NCBI RefSeq assembly: GCF_001457595.1
Contig: NZ_LN831039.1
Coordinates: 1,740,001-1,772,000 of the forward strand
Length of the DNA stretch: 32,000 nucleotides
Source of the DNA: Mycolicibacterium smegmatis
Lineage (GTDB): Bacteria > Actinomycetota > Actinomycetes > Mycobacteriales > Mycobacteriaceae
Direction of reading: 5' to 3'
Shown: positions 1 to 9,246 of the stretch, piece after piece
Layout: every line of letters begins with the position of its first letter
Numbering within the stretch: position 1 is the first letter of the stretch
Notes under the pieces: model-generated
What the model saw: the letters and a program-made list of their open reading frames with translations, nothing else
Database searches by the model: none
What the model was told of the DNA's origin: nothing
Program-made: the position numbers and the translations under genes

Positions 1-1
1 C

Positions 2-973
2 GCCGGTGAGGATTTCGAGCTGCTCGACGCCGATCGCAGCTCGGTGATCACCACCGACGACGGCGTGCCGCTCGCGGTGCGCGAGGTGGGCCCGAAGGAC
101 GCCAAGTTGACCGTGGTGTTCGCGCACGGATTCTGCCTGCGCATGAGCGCCTTTCATTTCCAGCGGGCCCGCCTGGCCGAGCAGTGGGGCGATCAGGTGC
201 GCATGGTGTTCTACGACCAGCGCGGTCACGGCCGCTCCGGGGAGGCACCGCCCGACACCTACACCGTCGAACAACTCGGGCGGGACCTGGAATCCGTTCT
301 GGCCGTGACGGCCCCGCGCGGACCGGTGGTGCTGGTGGGCCATTCGATGGGCGGTATGACGGTGCTGTCGCACGCCCGGCAGTTCCCGCAGCGCTACCCG
401 GCGCGCATCGTCGGCGCTGCGCTCATCTCGTCGGCGGCCGAGGGCGTCGACCGCTCCCCACTGGGCGAGATCCTGCGCAACCCGGCGCTGGAGGCCGTGC
501 GGTTCTCTGCGCGTTATGCGCCGAAACTCGTGCACCGCACACGTGGTGCGGCGCGCTCGCTGATCGCGCCGATCCTGCAGGCGGGGTCGTTCGGCGACGA
601 ACAGGTGAGCCCGAGTGTCGCGGCGTTCGCCGCGGACATGATGCACGGCACGCCGATCCCGACGCTCGTGGAGTTCCTGCACGCGCTCGAGGTGCACGAC
701 GAGACCGCGGCGCTCGACGTGCTGGCCGGGGTGCCGACGTTGATCGCGTGCGGTGACCGTGACCTGCTCACCCCGGTGGAATACTCCAGGGAAATGGCCG
801 AGCGGTTGCCGAAATCCGAACTGGTGGTCGTCGGGGGAGCGGGACACCTGGTGCAGCTTGAGGAGCCTGAAGTGATCAACGACGCGCTGATACGTCTGGT
901 CGAGCGCGCGACCCCGTCGAAACTCGTCGCGCTGGCGCGCCGGGTGCGCAACCGGGTACGGCCCCATGGGTGA
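2..973 (+). CDS. alpha/beta-fold hydrolase (5' end probably lies outside the window)
   Basis: The frame is open from base 2, so the GTG at 44 may not be the true start. Nucleophile elbow GHSMGG, late GDRD and GAGH motifs typical of an alpha/beta hydrolase triad. High GC3 coding signature. Stop overlaps the tsaE start (ATGGGTGA, 966-973). Confidence 0.8.
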   Translation, partial: AGEDFELLDADRSSVITTDDGVPLAVREVGPKDAKLTVVFAHGFCLRMSAFHFQRARLAEQWGDQVRMVFYDQRGHGRSGEAPPDTYTVEQLGRDLESVLAVTAPRGPVVLVGHSMGGMTVLSHARQFPQRYPARIVGAALISSAAEGVDRSPLGEILRNPALEAVRFSARYAPKLVHRTRGAARSLIAPILQAGSFGDEQVSPSVAAFAADMMHGTPIPTLVEFLHALEVHDETAALDVLAGVPTLIACGDRDLLTPVEYSREMAERLPKSELVVVGGAGHLVQLEEPEVINDALIRLVERATPSKLVALARRVRNRVRPHG

Positions 974-1433
974 GCGGGTGGACGGGACAGCGCGGCCGGC
1001 CACCGCGGAGGACACCATCGCGCTGGGCGCGCAGTTGGGTGCCCACCTGAAAGCCGGTGACGTGGTGGTGCTGTCCGGACCGCTCGGAGCGGGAAAGACC
1101 GTGCTGGCCAAGGGAATCGCACAAGCAATGGATGTCGAGGGCCCGGTGGTGTCACCGACGTTCGTACTGGCGCGCGTGCACCGGGCCCGCCAGGCGGACC
1201 GGCCCGCCATGGTGCACGTCGACATGTACCGGCTGCTCGACGAGCCCGGCGCCGATCTGCTCGGTGAACTCGACGCGCTGGACCTCGACACCGACCTCGA
1301 GGACGCCGTCGTGGTGGTCGAGTGGGGCGAAGGCCTGGCCGAACGCCTGTCCGACAGCCACCTCGACATCCACATCGACCGCGGATCCGACACCGAGACC
1401 CGCACTGTGACCTGGCATTGGAGCCGGACGTGA
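966..1433 (+). CDS. tsaE: tRNA t6A37 threonylcarbamoyl-transfer ATPase TsaE
   Basis: 155 aa with Walker A GPLGAGKT. Size and position immediately upstream of tsaB-rimI-tsaD match the conserved actinobacterial operon (Rv3422c position). Confidence 0.88.
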   Translation: MGERVDGTARPATAEDTIALGAQLGAHLKAGDVVVLSGPLGAGKTVLAKGIAQAMDVEGPVVSPTFVLARVHRARQADRPAMVHVDMYRLLDEPGADLLGELDALDLDTDLEDAVVVVEWGEGLAERLSDSHLDIHIDRGSDTETRTVTWHWSRT

Positions 1434-2074
1434 CGCGCACCGTCCTGACCATCGACACCGCGACCCCCGCCGTGAGCGCAGGCGTGGTGCGTCTGAGCGA
1501 CGGCGAGGCGCCCGCGACGCTCGCCGAACGCGTGACCATCGACGCGCGGGCACACGCCGAGCAGTTGACGCCCAACATCGTCGCCGCGCTGGGTGACGCC
1601 GGGATCACCGCGGGCGATCTCGACGCCGTTGTCGTGGGATGCGGGCCCGGCCCGTTCACCGGCCTGCGCGTCGGTATGGCCAGCGCCGCGGCGTTCGCGC
1701 ATGCCATCGGGGTCCCGGTGCACGGTGTGTGCAGCCTCGACGCGATCGGCGGAGACACCCGCGGCGACGTCCTCGTCGTCACCGACGCGCGCCGCCGCGA
1801 GGTGTACTGGGCGCGGTATCACGACGGCGCGCGCGTGGCGGGCCCGTCGGTGAACGCGCCCGCCGATGTACCCGCGCTGCTGGACGCGCCCGTCGCCGCG
1901 GTCGCCGGATCACCTGCCCACACCGCGTTGTTCGACCTGCCGGTACTGGAGCAGGTGTACCCGACGCCGGCCGGGCTGGTCGCTGCGGTCGCCGACTGGG
2001 ACGATCCGCAACCGCTCGTGCCGCTGTACCTGCGCAGGCCCGACGCGAAACCGTCCGCGGCGGTGAAGCGATGA
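1430..2074 (+). CDS. tsaB: tRNA t6A37 threonylcarbamoyladenosine biosynthesis protein TsaB
   Basis: I moved the start to the in-frame GTG at 1430, which overlaps the tsaE stop (GTGA). The N-terminus then reads VTRTVLTIDTATPAVSAGVV, the classic TsaB/glycoprotease-like start. GCGPGPFTGLRVG motif present. The longer track ORF from 1322 overlaps tsaE and is unlikely. Confidence 0.85.
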   Translation: MTRTVLTIDTATPAVSAGVVRLSDGEAPATLAERVTIDARAHAEQLTPNIVAALGDAGITAGDLDAVVVGCGPGPFTGLRVGMASAAAFAHAIGVPVHGVCSLDAIGGDTRGDVLVVTDARRREVYWARYHDGARVAGPSVNAPADVPALLDAPVAAVAGSPAHTALFDLPVLEQVYPTPAGLVAAVADWDDPQPLVPLYLRRPDAKPSAAVKR

Positions 2075-2547
2075 GCATCGACGGCACGGTGCAGTACACG
2101 CCGCTGCACAAAGACGACGCCGCACGCTGCGCCGAACTGGAATCCCAGCTGTTCGGCGGCGACGACCCGTGGCCCGCGCGGGCGTTCCTCGCCGAACTGG
2201 CCGCCAAGCACAACCACTACATCGCGGCCCGCTGTGACGGAAAGCTGGTGGGGTACGCGGGAATCGCACGGTTGGGCCGCGCCGTGCCGTACGAGTACGA
2301 GATCCACACCATCGGCGTCGACCCCGATCATCAGGGCCGCGGCATCGGGCGGGCGATGATGCAGCTGCTGCTCGAATATGCCTCGGGCGGAACGGTCTTC
2401 CTCGAAGTCCGCACCGACAACGAACCGGCGATCAAACTGTACGAAAGCCTCGGGTTCGTCACGATCGGACTGCGCAAGCGGTACTACCGGGCCAGCGGAG
2501 CCGACGCCTACACCATGCAACGCCTGCCCCAGGAGGGCCCGAAGTGA
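2071..2547 (+). CDS. rimI: ribosomal-protein-alanine N-acetyltransferase (GNAT)
   Basis: ATG at 2071 overlaps the tsaB stop (ATGA). GNAT acetyl-CoA motif [11 protein letters not shown]. Sits between tsaB and tsaD, the conserved rimI position. The 302-aa track ORF from 1639 is an artefactual upstream extension. Confidence 0.85.
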   Translation: MSIDGTVQYTPLHKDDAARCAELESQLFGGDDPWPARAFLAELAAKHNHYIAARCDGKLVGYAGIARLGRAVPYEYEIHTIGVDPDHQGRGIGRAMMQLLLEYASGGTVFLEVRTDNEPAIKLYESLGFVTIGLRKRYYRASGADAYTMQRLPQEGPK

Positions 2548-3566
2548 TCATCCTGGCCATCGAGAGTTCCTGCGACGAAACCGGCGTCGGAATCGCCGAT
2601 CTGCGCGACGACGGCACCGTGGCACTGCTGGCCGACGAGGTCGCCTCCAGCGTCGACGAACACGCCCGCTTCGGCGGCGTCGTCCCCGAGATCGCCTCAC
2701 GCGCGCACCTTGAGGCGCTCGGACCGACGATGCGGCGCGCGCTCGACGCGGCGGGCATCGAGCGCCCCGACGTCGTCGCGGCCACCATCGGACCCGGCCT
2801 GGCCGGCGCGCTGCTGGTCGGGGTCGCCGCGGCCAAGGCCTACGCGGCAGGTTGGGGTGTGCCGTTCTACGGCGTCAACCACCTCGGCGGGCACCTGGCT
2901 GCCGACGTCTACGACCACGGCCCGCTGCCCGAGAGCGTGGGTCTGCTGGTCTCCGGCGGGCACACCCACCTGTTGCACGTGCGTTCACTCGGCGAGCCGA
3001 TCATCGAGTTGGGCAGCACCGTCGACGACGCCGCGGGCGAGGCCTACGACAAAGTGGCCCGGCTGCTGGGGCTCGGCTATCCCGGTGGCCGGGTGCTCGA
3101 CGAACTGGCCCGCACCGGCGACCGCAATGCCATCGTCTTCCCGCGCGGCATGACCGGTCCGCGCGATGATCCGTACACGTTCAGCTTCTCGGGCCTCAAG
3201 ACCGCCGTCGCCCGCTACGTCGAAGCCCATCCCGAGGCGTCCCACGCCGACGTGGCCGCCGGTTTCCAGGAGTCGGTCGCCGACGTGCTGACCGCCAAGG
3301 CCGTGCGCGCTGCGACCGATCTCGGGGTGTCGACGTTGTTGATCGCAGGCGGCGTGGCCGCCAACTCGCGGCTGCGTGAGCTCGCCGAGGAGCGCTGCGC
3401 GGCCGCAGGGCTTACGTTGCGGGTGCCGCGTCCCCGGCTGTGCACCGACAACGGCGCGATGATCGCGTCGTTCGCCGCGCACCTGATCGCCGCGGGCGCG
3501 CAACCGTCGCCGCTGGACGCGGCCAGCGACCCGGGGCTGCCGGTCGTCAAGGGCCAGGTCGCGTGA
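2544..3566 (+). CDS. tsaD: tRNA N6-adenosine threonylcarbamoyltransferase TsaD (Gcp/Kae1 family)
   Basis: 340 aa starting [17 protein letters not shown], with GVNHLGGH metal-binding motif and SGGHTHL. GTG start overlaps the rimI stop (GTGA). Confidence 0.95.
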   Translation: MIILAIESSCDETGVGIADLRDDGTVALLADEVASSVDEHARFGGVVPEIASRAHLEALGPTMRRALDAAGIERPDVVAATIGPGLAGALLVGVAAAKAYAAGWGVPFYGVNHLGGHLAADVYDHGPLPESVGLLVSGGHTHLLHVRSLGEPIIELGSTVDDAAGEAYDKVARLLGLGYPGGRVLDELARTGDRNAIVFPRGMTGPRDDPYTFSFSGLKTAVARYVEAHPEASHADVAAGFQESVADVLTAKAVRAATDLGVSTLLIAGGVAANSRLRELAEERCAAAGLTLRVPRPRLCTDNGAMIASFAAHLIAAGAQPSPLDAASDPGLPVVKGQVA

Positions 3567-4012
3567 ACCCCGAGCGGCTCGCGCACACACTGCAGATCAC
3601 CGAGCTGCTGTACCGCTACGCCGAGCTCGTCGACGCCGGCGACTTCGACGGCGTCGGGCAGCTGCTGGGCCGCGGCGACTTCATGGGCGTCGCGGGCGCC
3701 GAGGGCATCGCCGCGTTGTTCGCGTCGACCACGCGGCGTTTCCCCGAGCACGGCAACCGGCCCCGCACTCGGCATCTGGTGCTCAACCCGATCATCGACA
3801 TCAACGGGGAGCGCGCGCAGGCGCGGTCGACGTTCGTCGTCATCCAGAACACCGAGACCATTGCGCTGCAGCCCATCGTGGCCGGGCGCTACGCGGACAC
3901 GTTCGCCCTGGACGACACGGGGTGGCACTTCACCGAGCGGCGGGTGGACGTCGAGATGATCGGTGACGTGTCGGAACACCTCATGCTGGATCCGGACACC
4001 TTGCCCAAGTAA
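3563..4012 (+). CDS. NTF2/SnoaL_4-like domain protein
   Basis: In-frame GTG at 3563 overlaps the tsaD stop (GTGA). The N-terminus [24 protein letters not shown] resembles the SnoaL_4 helix-1 signature. About 149 aa, typical for the fold. High GC3. Confidence 0.6.
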   Translation: MNPERLAHTLQITELLYRYAELVDAGDFDGVGQLLGRGDFMGVAGAEGIAALFASTTRRFPEHGNRPRTRHLVLNPIIDINGERAQARSTFVVIQNTETIALQPIVAGRYADTFALDDTGWHFTERRVDVEMIGDVSEHLMLDPDTLPK

Positions 4013-4038
4013 TCGCGGAGCAATCACGGGGCAACCTT

Positions 4039-4070
4039 GAGTGCTAGCACTCTCATGTATAGAGTGCTAG
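4039..4070. promoter_or_regulatory. CIRCE (HrcA operator) upstream of groES
   Basis: CTAGCACTC (4044-4052), 9-nt spacer, GAGTGCTAG (4062-4070). This fits the CIRCE consensus TTAGCACTC-N9-GAGTGCTAA. An extra half-site GAGTGCTAG (4039-4047) overlaps the first arm. Confidence 0.85.
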
Positions 4071-4202
4071 GTGGCAGGCGGACGCCCCACGTGCCGGCAC
4101 CCGCGACGACGGAGCGAGGGGTCAGGACGCATGCCGAACAACCTGGTAACCGGAATCTGGGGACTTCCCGGATCTCACCTTTAACTAGTGGAGGGCTCCA
4201 TC

Positions 4203-4505
4203 GTGGCGAGCGTGAACATCAAGCCACTCGAGGACAAGATCCTCGTTCAGGCCAACGAGGCCGAGACCACGACCGCTTCGGGTCTGGTCATCCCCGACAC
4301 CGCCAAGGAGAAGCCGCAGGAAGGCACCGTCGTCGCAGTTGGCCCCGGCCGCTGGGATGAGGACGGCGAGAAGCGGATCCCCCTGGACGTTGCCGAGGGT
4401 GACACCGTCATCTACAGCAAGTACGGCGGCACCGAGATCAAGTACAACGGCGAGGAGTACCTGATCCTGTCGGCCCGCGACGTGCTGGCTGTCGTCTCCA
4501 AGTAA
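4203..4505 (+). CDS. groES: co-chaperonin GroES (Cpn10)
   Basis: From the GTG at 4203 the product reads [63 protein letters not shown]..., near-identical to mycobacterial Cpn10 as I recall it. GGAGGG Shine-Dalgarno lies just upstream. Confidence 0.95.
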   Translation: MASVNIKPLEDKILVQANEAETTTASGLVIPDTAKEKPQEGTVVAVGPGRWDEDGEKRIPLDVAEGDTVIYSKYGGTEIKYNGEEYLILSARDVLAVVSK

Positions 4506-4516
4506 TCACTCGTGTA

Positions 4517-4562
4517 ACCGCCCCGGAGGTCCCCGTGTCACACGGGTGATGTCCGGGGCGGT
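4517..4562 (+). other. nested stem-loop in the groES-groEL1 intergenic spacer
   Basis: Perfect 11-bp outer stem ACCGCCCCGGA (4517-4527) / TCCGGGGCGGT (4552-4562). It encloses a 6-bp inner stem CCCGTG (4532-4537) / CACGGG (4541-4546). No U-tract follows. Confidence 0.55.
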
Positions 4563-4579
4563 ACGCGTTAGGCGTCTGA

Positions 4580-6211
<1,632 letters not shown>

Positions 6212-6224
6212 TCCATTTCACGCG

Positions 6225-6263
6225 ACACCCCCGGTCCGCTTGGGCCGGGGGTGTTTTCGTTTG
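6225..6263 (+). terminator. intrinsic terminator of groESL1
   Basis: 10-bp GC-rich stem ACACCCCCGG (6225-6234) / CCGGGGGTGT (6245-6254), followed by TTTTCGTTT. Lies 14 nt after the groEL1 stop. Confidence 0.75.
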
Positions 6264-6268
6264 GGTGC

Positions 6269-6469
6269 GGGCGCCGCTGAGCGGTTTTTCGAGGCCTGCG
6301 AGACCGGCAAGGGCTGGGCCCGCTGCCGGCAGTACTGCCACTCCGATGCCACCTTCACCGCGCAGGCCGACGCGCTGGCGGACGTGGTGGACTTCGAGGC
6401 GACAAGATCCGCCATATGACGAAGATCTGGAGCGACGGCGTGACGATGCAGCAATTCGGCTGGGCCTGA
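6269..6469 (+). pseudogene. remnant of a SnoaL-like (polyketide-cyclase/ester-cyclase fold) gene with internal deletion and frameshift
   Basis: One frame reads ...AAERFFEACETGKGWARCRQYCHSDATFTAQADALADVVDFEA, then a stop at 6417. A second frame from 6404 reads KIRHMTKIWSDGVTMQQFGWA*, ending at 6469. These look like the N-terminal and extreme C-terminal signatures of about 130-aa SnoaL-like proteins with the middle missing. No start codon is present. Confidence 0.5.
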
Positions 6470-6706
6470 ATCATTTTGCCGAGCGCGTCGAGCTTCGGTC
6501 AGGACCCTGGGGTACTACTTGTCAGCGTCCCGTCTCCGAGCTCGACATCATGGCTGTGATTTCCGCTCCTGGCGGCGAAACCACGACCATGGTGTCCATG
6601 TTGGCGATAGGGGCCAGATCAGTAATACCAGTGGGAGACACTCTCACCGCTGGCTCGCGCTCGGGGGTACCGGTCGACGTATGCGGCCTATAGTGCGTGA
6701 GCCGCG

Positions 6707-7831
6707 TCAGCGGTAGACATTGTCGGGCGTGACCACCCCGGTGACCGCGGTCGCGACGGCCGTGCCGACCTCGTGGGGCACATCGGTGTTGACGAAGACC
6801 ACGAGCGTGCTCTGGGCCTCGGGAAGTCCCACCACGACGGTCTCGAAGCCCGGGGTGATGCCACTGTGGCCGATCCAGCCGTTCGTGTCGAAGGCGCCCA
6901 CACCGTATTTCGCGTTCTCGCTCATCGGCAGGGCGGTGCGGAAGCGTTCGTCGCGAAGATTCTCGGAGAGCAACTCGCCCGACGACAGCTTCTGTGCCCA
7001 GACCCGCATGTCGTCGAGAGTCGAGATCATGTTGCCGTTCGACCACGCCCAGGACGGGTTCCAGTCGGTGGTGACGCGCGGGGTTCCGTCCAGGACCGTG
7101 TAGCCCTGCGGATGGGGCTCGGGGAAGGCCGGTGACGTGGGAATGCTCGTGTGCGTCAACTTCAATGGCACCAGGATGTGCTGCCGGACATAGTCCGCGA
7201 GGCTCTGGCCGCTGAGTTTCTCGACCACCAGACCGAGAAGCACGGTGTTGGTGTTGCAGTAGTCGTACTGCGTTCCCGGTGGGAACTGCAGCGGTTTGTC
7301 GAGGGCGTAGCCCAGCAGTTGTTGTGGAGTGAAAGTTCGTTGCGGGTCGGCGAGGAACGCGGCCTCGAATTCCGGCACGCCGTCGTAGGTGACCAGACCG
7401 CTTTGCATCTGCGCCAGGTGACGCAACGTGATCGTGTCGCCCGACGGCACGTCCGCGACGTACATCGAGATCGGGTCGTCGAGTCCCGCCTTGCCCTGAT
7501 CGATCAGTGTCAGCAGCGCGGTGATGGTGAAAGTCTTTGTCAGACTGCCGATCCGTGTGTACATGTCGGCCTGCATGGGGGCTCGGGTCGCGGTGTCGGC
7601 GACGCCGAATGCCCGAACATAGGTGACGTCAGGCCCCCAGAAACCGACAACGGCCCCGGGGATCGACAGGTCCGCCATGACTTTCCCGACCGCATCGTCG
7701 AGTTGCGCGGCAATCGGAGGGGCGGCGGGTGCCGTTGCACACGCAGACGCCGCGACGAACGTGATCGCCGCGATCACGGCGCCGGTGGCGGCCCGGACAA
7801 AACCGGGCACCAACGGCCACGCGCTCATCAT
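6707..7831 (-). CDS. serine hydrolase, class-C beta-lactamase / D-Ala-D-Ala carboxypeptidase family, probable lipoprotein
   Basis: 374 aa. S-x-x-K motif in RIGSLTKTF and Y-x-N motif in YDYCNTN. The N-terminal signal peptide ends in a relaxed lipobox-like VAASAC. Confidence 0.85.
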   Translation of the reverse strand: MMSAWPLVPGFVRAATGAVIAAITFVAASACATAPAAPPIAAQLDDAVGKVMADLSIPGAVVGFWGPDVTYVRAFGVADTATRAPMQADMYTRIGSLTKTFTITALLTLIDQGKAGLDDPISMYVADVPSGDTITLRHLAQMQSGLVTYDGVPEFEAAFLADPQRTFTPQQLLGYALDKPLQFPPGTQYDYCNTNTVLLGLVVEKLSGQSLADYVRQHILVPLKLTHTSIPTSPAFPEPHPQGYTVLDGTPRVTTDWNPSWAWSNGNMISTLDDMRVWAQKLSSGELLSENLRDERFRTALPMSENAKYGVGAFDTNGWIGHSGITPGFETVVVGLPEAQSTLVVFVNTDVPHEVGTAVATAVTGVVTPDNVYR

Positions 7832-7927
7832 CTGACAGTAGTGACCCTCTGCCGAGCGTGGGCGTTATGCACGGATTTCGAGCGAAAAGCGTCAACAAGG
7901 CCCACGGTGGGCGCGCACTATTGCTCC

Positions 7928-8287
7928 ATGCGCACGGGGCGGTGTGTCGCGGTGGCCGGGGTGGTGGCGTGCCTGGCCCCGGCACTGGCCGTGCCCGCGG
8001 CCGCGACACTCGACCCGATTCCCGGCGAGGGATTCTTTCTGGTCGGTACCGACATCGCACCGGGTCTGTACACCACCGGGGGATCGGAGTCACCGTTCGC
8101 GGTCTGGATCAACGACGTACCGACACAGGACTCGATGTGCATGTGGTTCACCTACAGCACGCCCGATGCGAACAAGGACAATGTGGTCGCGACGAACATG
8201 TCGGTGGGCCCGATGAACGCGAACATCAACTCGACGGTGAAGGCGTTCGAGACGCACAACTGTCAACCGTGGACGCGAGTCACCTGA
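7928..8287 (+). CDS. small secreted protein of unknown function (2 Cys in the mature part)
   Basis: Only the C-terminal third of track ORF 7151-8287 looks real. From the ATG at 7928 it reads MRTGRCVAVAGVVACLAPALAVPAAA, a signal peptide with an AxA site. The mature domain of about 95 aa has Cys in DSMCMWF and THNCQPW. Upstream of 7928 the same frame is antisense to the beta-lactamase-like gene. Confidence 0.6.
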   Translation: MRTGRCVAVAGVVACLAPALAVPAAATLDPIPGEGFFLVGTDIAPGLYTTGGSESPFAVWINDVPTQDSMCMWFTYSTPDANKDNVVATNMSVGPMNANINSTVKAFETHNCQPWTRVT

Positions 8288-9246
8288 GCGACGACGTCCC
8301 GGATCGCTTCGACCACCAACGCGGGGGAGTAGAGGTAGATGTCGTGGCCGCTGTGGGTTTCGGTGATGTGCCCGGCGCCGATCGCCGCGGCGAGGCGATC
8401 CTGCGCGACGAGCCAGTCGGCGAACGTGACCTGCTCGCCCTGCCTCGCCGACTCCGGCAGAAGATCGGTGCGCCATGGTTTGTCGGCCGAGAGCACGACG
8501 GCCGGCACCGCGGGCAGGCCAGGTGCGGCAGCGATGCGGCCGAACGCGTCGATGAGAAGCACGCCCTCACGCACCTGATCTGACGTCGTCGCATTGCTGG
8601 CGTCCCAGTTCGCGAGCGCGGCCGGGTTGACGACGTCCGCCATCTGCTCACTCACCGCGTCGACCATGACCAGTGCGCCGACCGTCTCGGGGTGCATGCG
8701 GGCATAGAGGTCTGCGATCAGCCCTGAGTACGAGTGTGCGACAAGGACGTACGGGGCAGGCTCGCCGAGGGCCGTGAGCAGGGCGTGCAGATCGTCGACG
8801 TCTAGGTCGACGCTGTGGGGTTGCGCGCGCGGTGTCGAGATGTCGCTGCCGCCCATGCGGACGTCGGGCCGGTCGTACGCGCACACCCGGGTGAAGCGGG
8901 CGATGGCGGGCAGAACGGCCTCGCTGCTGTGGATAAGGTCGCCGTGGCCGAAGGGCAGGTTGTCGCCCGGTGCGTCGTGTTCCGGGTCGTCGGGGGCGAG
9001 GATCTGCAGCCAGTCGTCGACGCCGTTACCCTTGCCTGCCATCAGAACGACCGTCGGAGAACCGCTTCCGCGGCACTCCACGAAGATCGCGCGGCCGTCC
9101 CCGGAGATGTCGACCAGGCCGACGACATCTCCGGGGACGGCGATCGCGAGCGGTGGACCACAGAACAGAGCGGCGACGCACGCGACGCATGCGACATTTG
9201 CGATCCGGCTGAGCCGGAGATCTTTTCGACGGCGGTGACGGCTCAA
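8263..9246 (-). CDS. secreted alpha/beta-fold hydrolase
   Basis: Start set at the in-frame TTG at 9246, which overlaps the stop of the upstream gene (TTGA). The N-terminus is then MSRHRRRKDLRLSRIANVACVACVAALFCGPPLAIA, a basic n-region followed by a hydrophobic core. Nucleophile elbow AHSYSG and C-terminal SGHDIY. The Arg-rich 77-aa extension in the track ORF is implausible. Confidence 0.8.
   Translation of the reverse strand: MSRHRRRKDLRLSRIANVACVACVAALFCGPPLAIAVPGDVVGLVDISGDGRAIFVECRGSGSPTVVLMAGKGNGVDDWLQILAPDDPEHDAPGDNLPFGHGDLIHSSEAVLPAIARFTRVCAYDRPDVRMGGSDISTPRAQPHSVDLDVDDLHALLTALGEPAPYVLVAHSYSGLIADLYARMHPETVGALVMVDAVSEQMADVVNPAALANWDASNATTSDQVREGVLLIDAFGRIAAAPGLPAVPAVVLSADKPWRTDLLPESARQGEQVTFADWLVAQDRLAAAIGAGHITETHSGHDIYLYSPALVVEAIRDVVAQVTRVHG

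Noticed and set aside
514-1782. 422-aa minus-strand ORF overlapping the hydrolase, tsaE and tsaB. It stands for similar long antisense ORFs at 4568-6208, 12365-14323, 20000-21703, 21597-22544, 23063-24472, 25390-26889 and 30819-31997.
   Set aside because: All lie antisense to genes with unmistakable homology (groEL1, guaB, choD, guaA and others). They encode Arg/Pro/Gly/Ala-rich low-complexity sequence. This is the expected stop-codon-poor shadow frame of high-GC DNA.
6540-6693. 47-codon ORF MAVISAPGGETTTMVSMLAIGARSV... as a small protein gene.
   Set aside because: Weak third-position GC bias relative to the genuine genes here, no SD and no recognisable homology. It is more likely non-coding or pseudogene debris.
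7151-7927. N-terminal 259 codons of the 378-aa plus-strand ORF 7151-8287.
   Set aside because: This part is antisense to the beta-lactamase-like gene and looks non-protein-like (Arg/Gly/Asp-rich). Only the segment from the ATG at 7928, which begins with a clean signal peptide, is retained.
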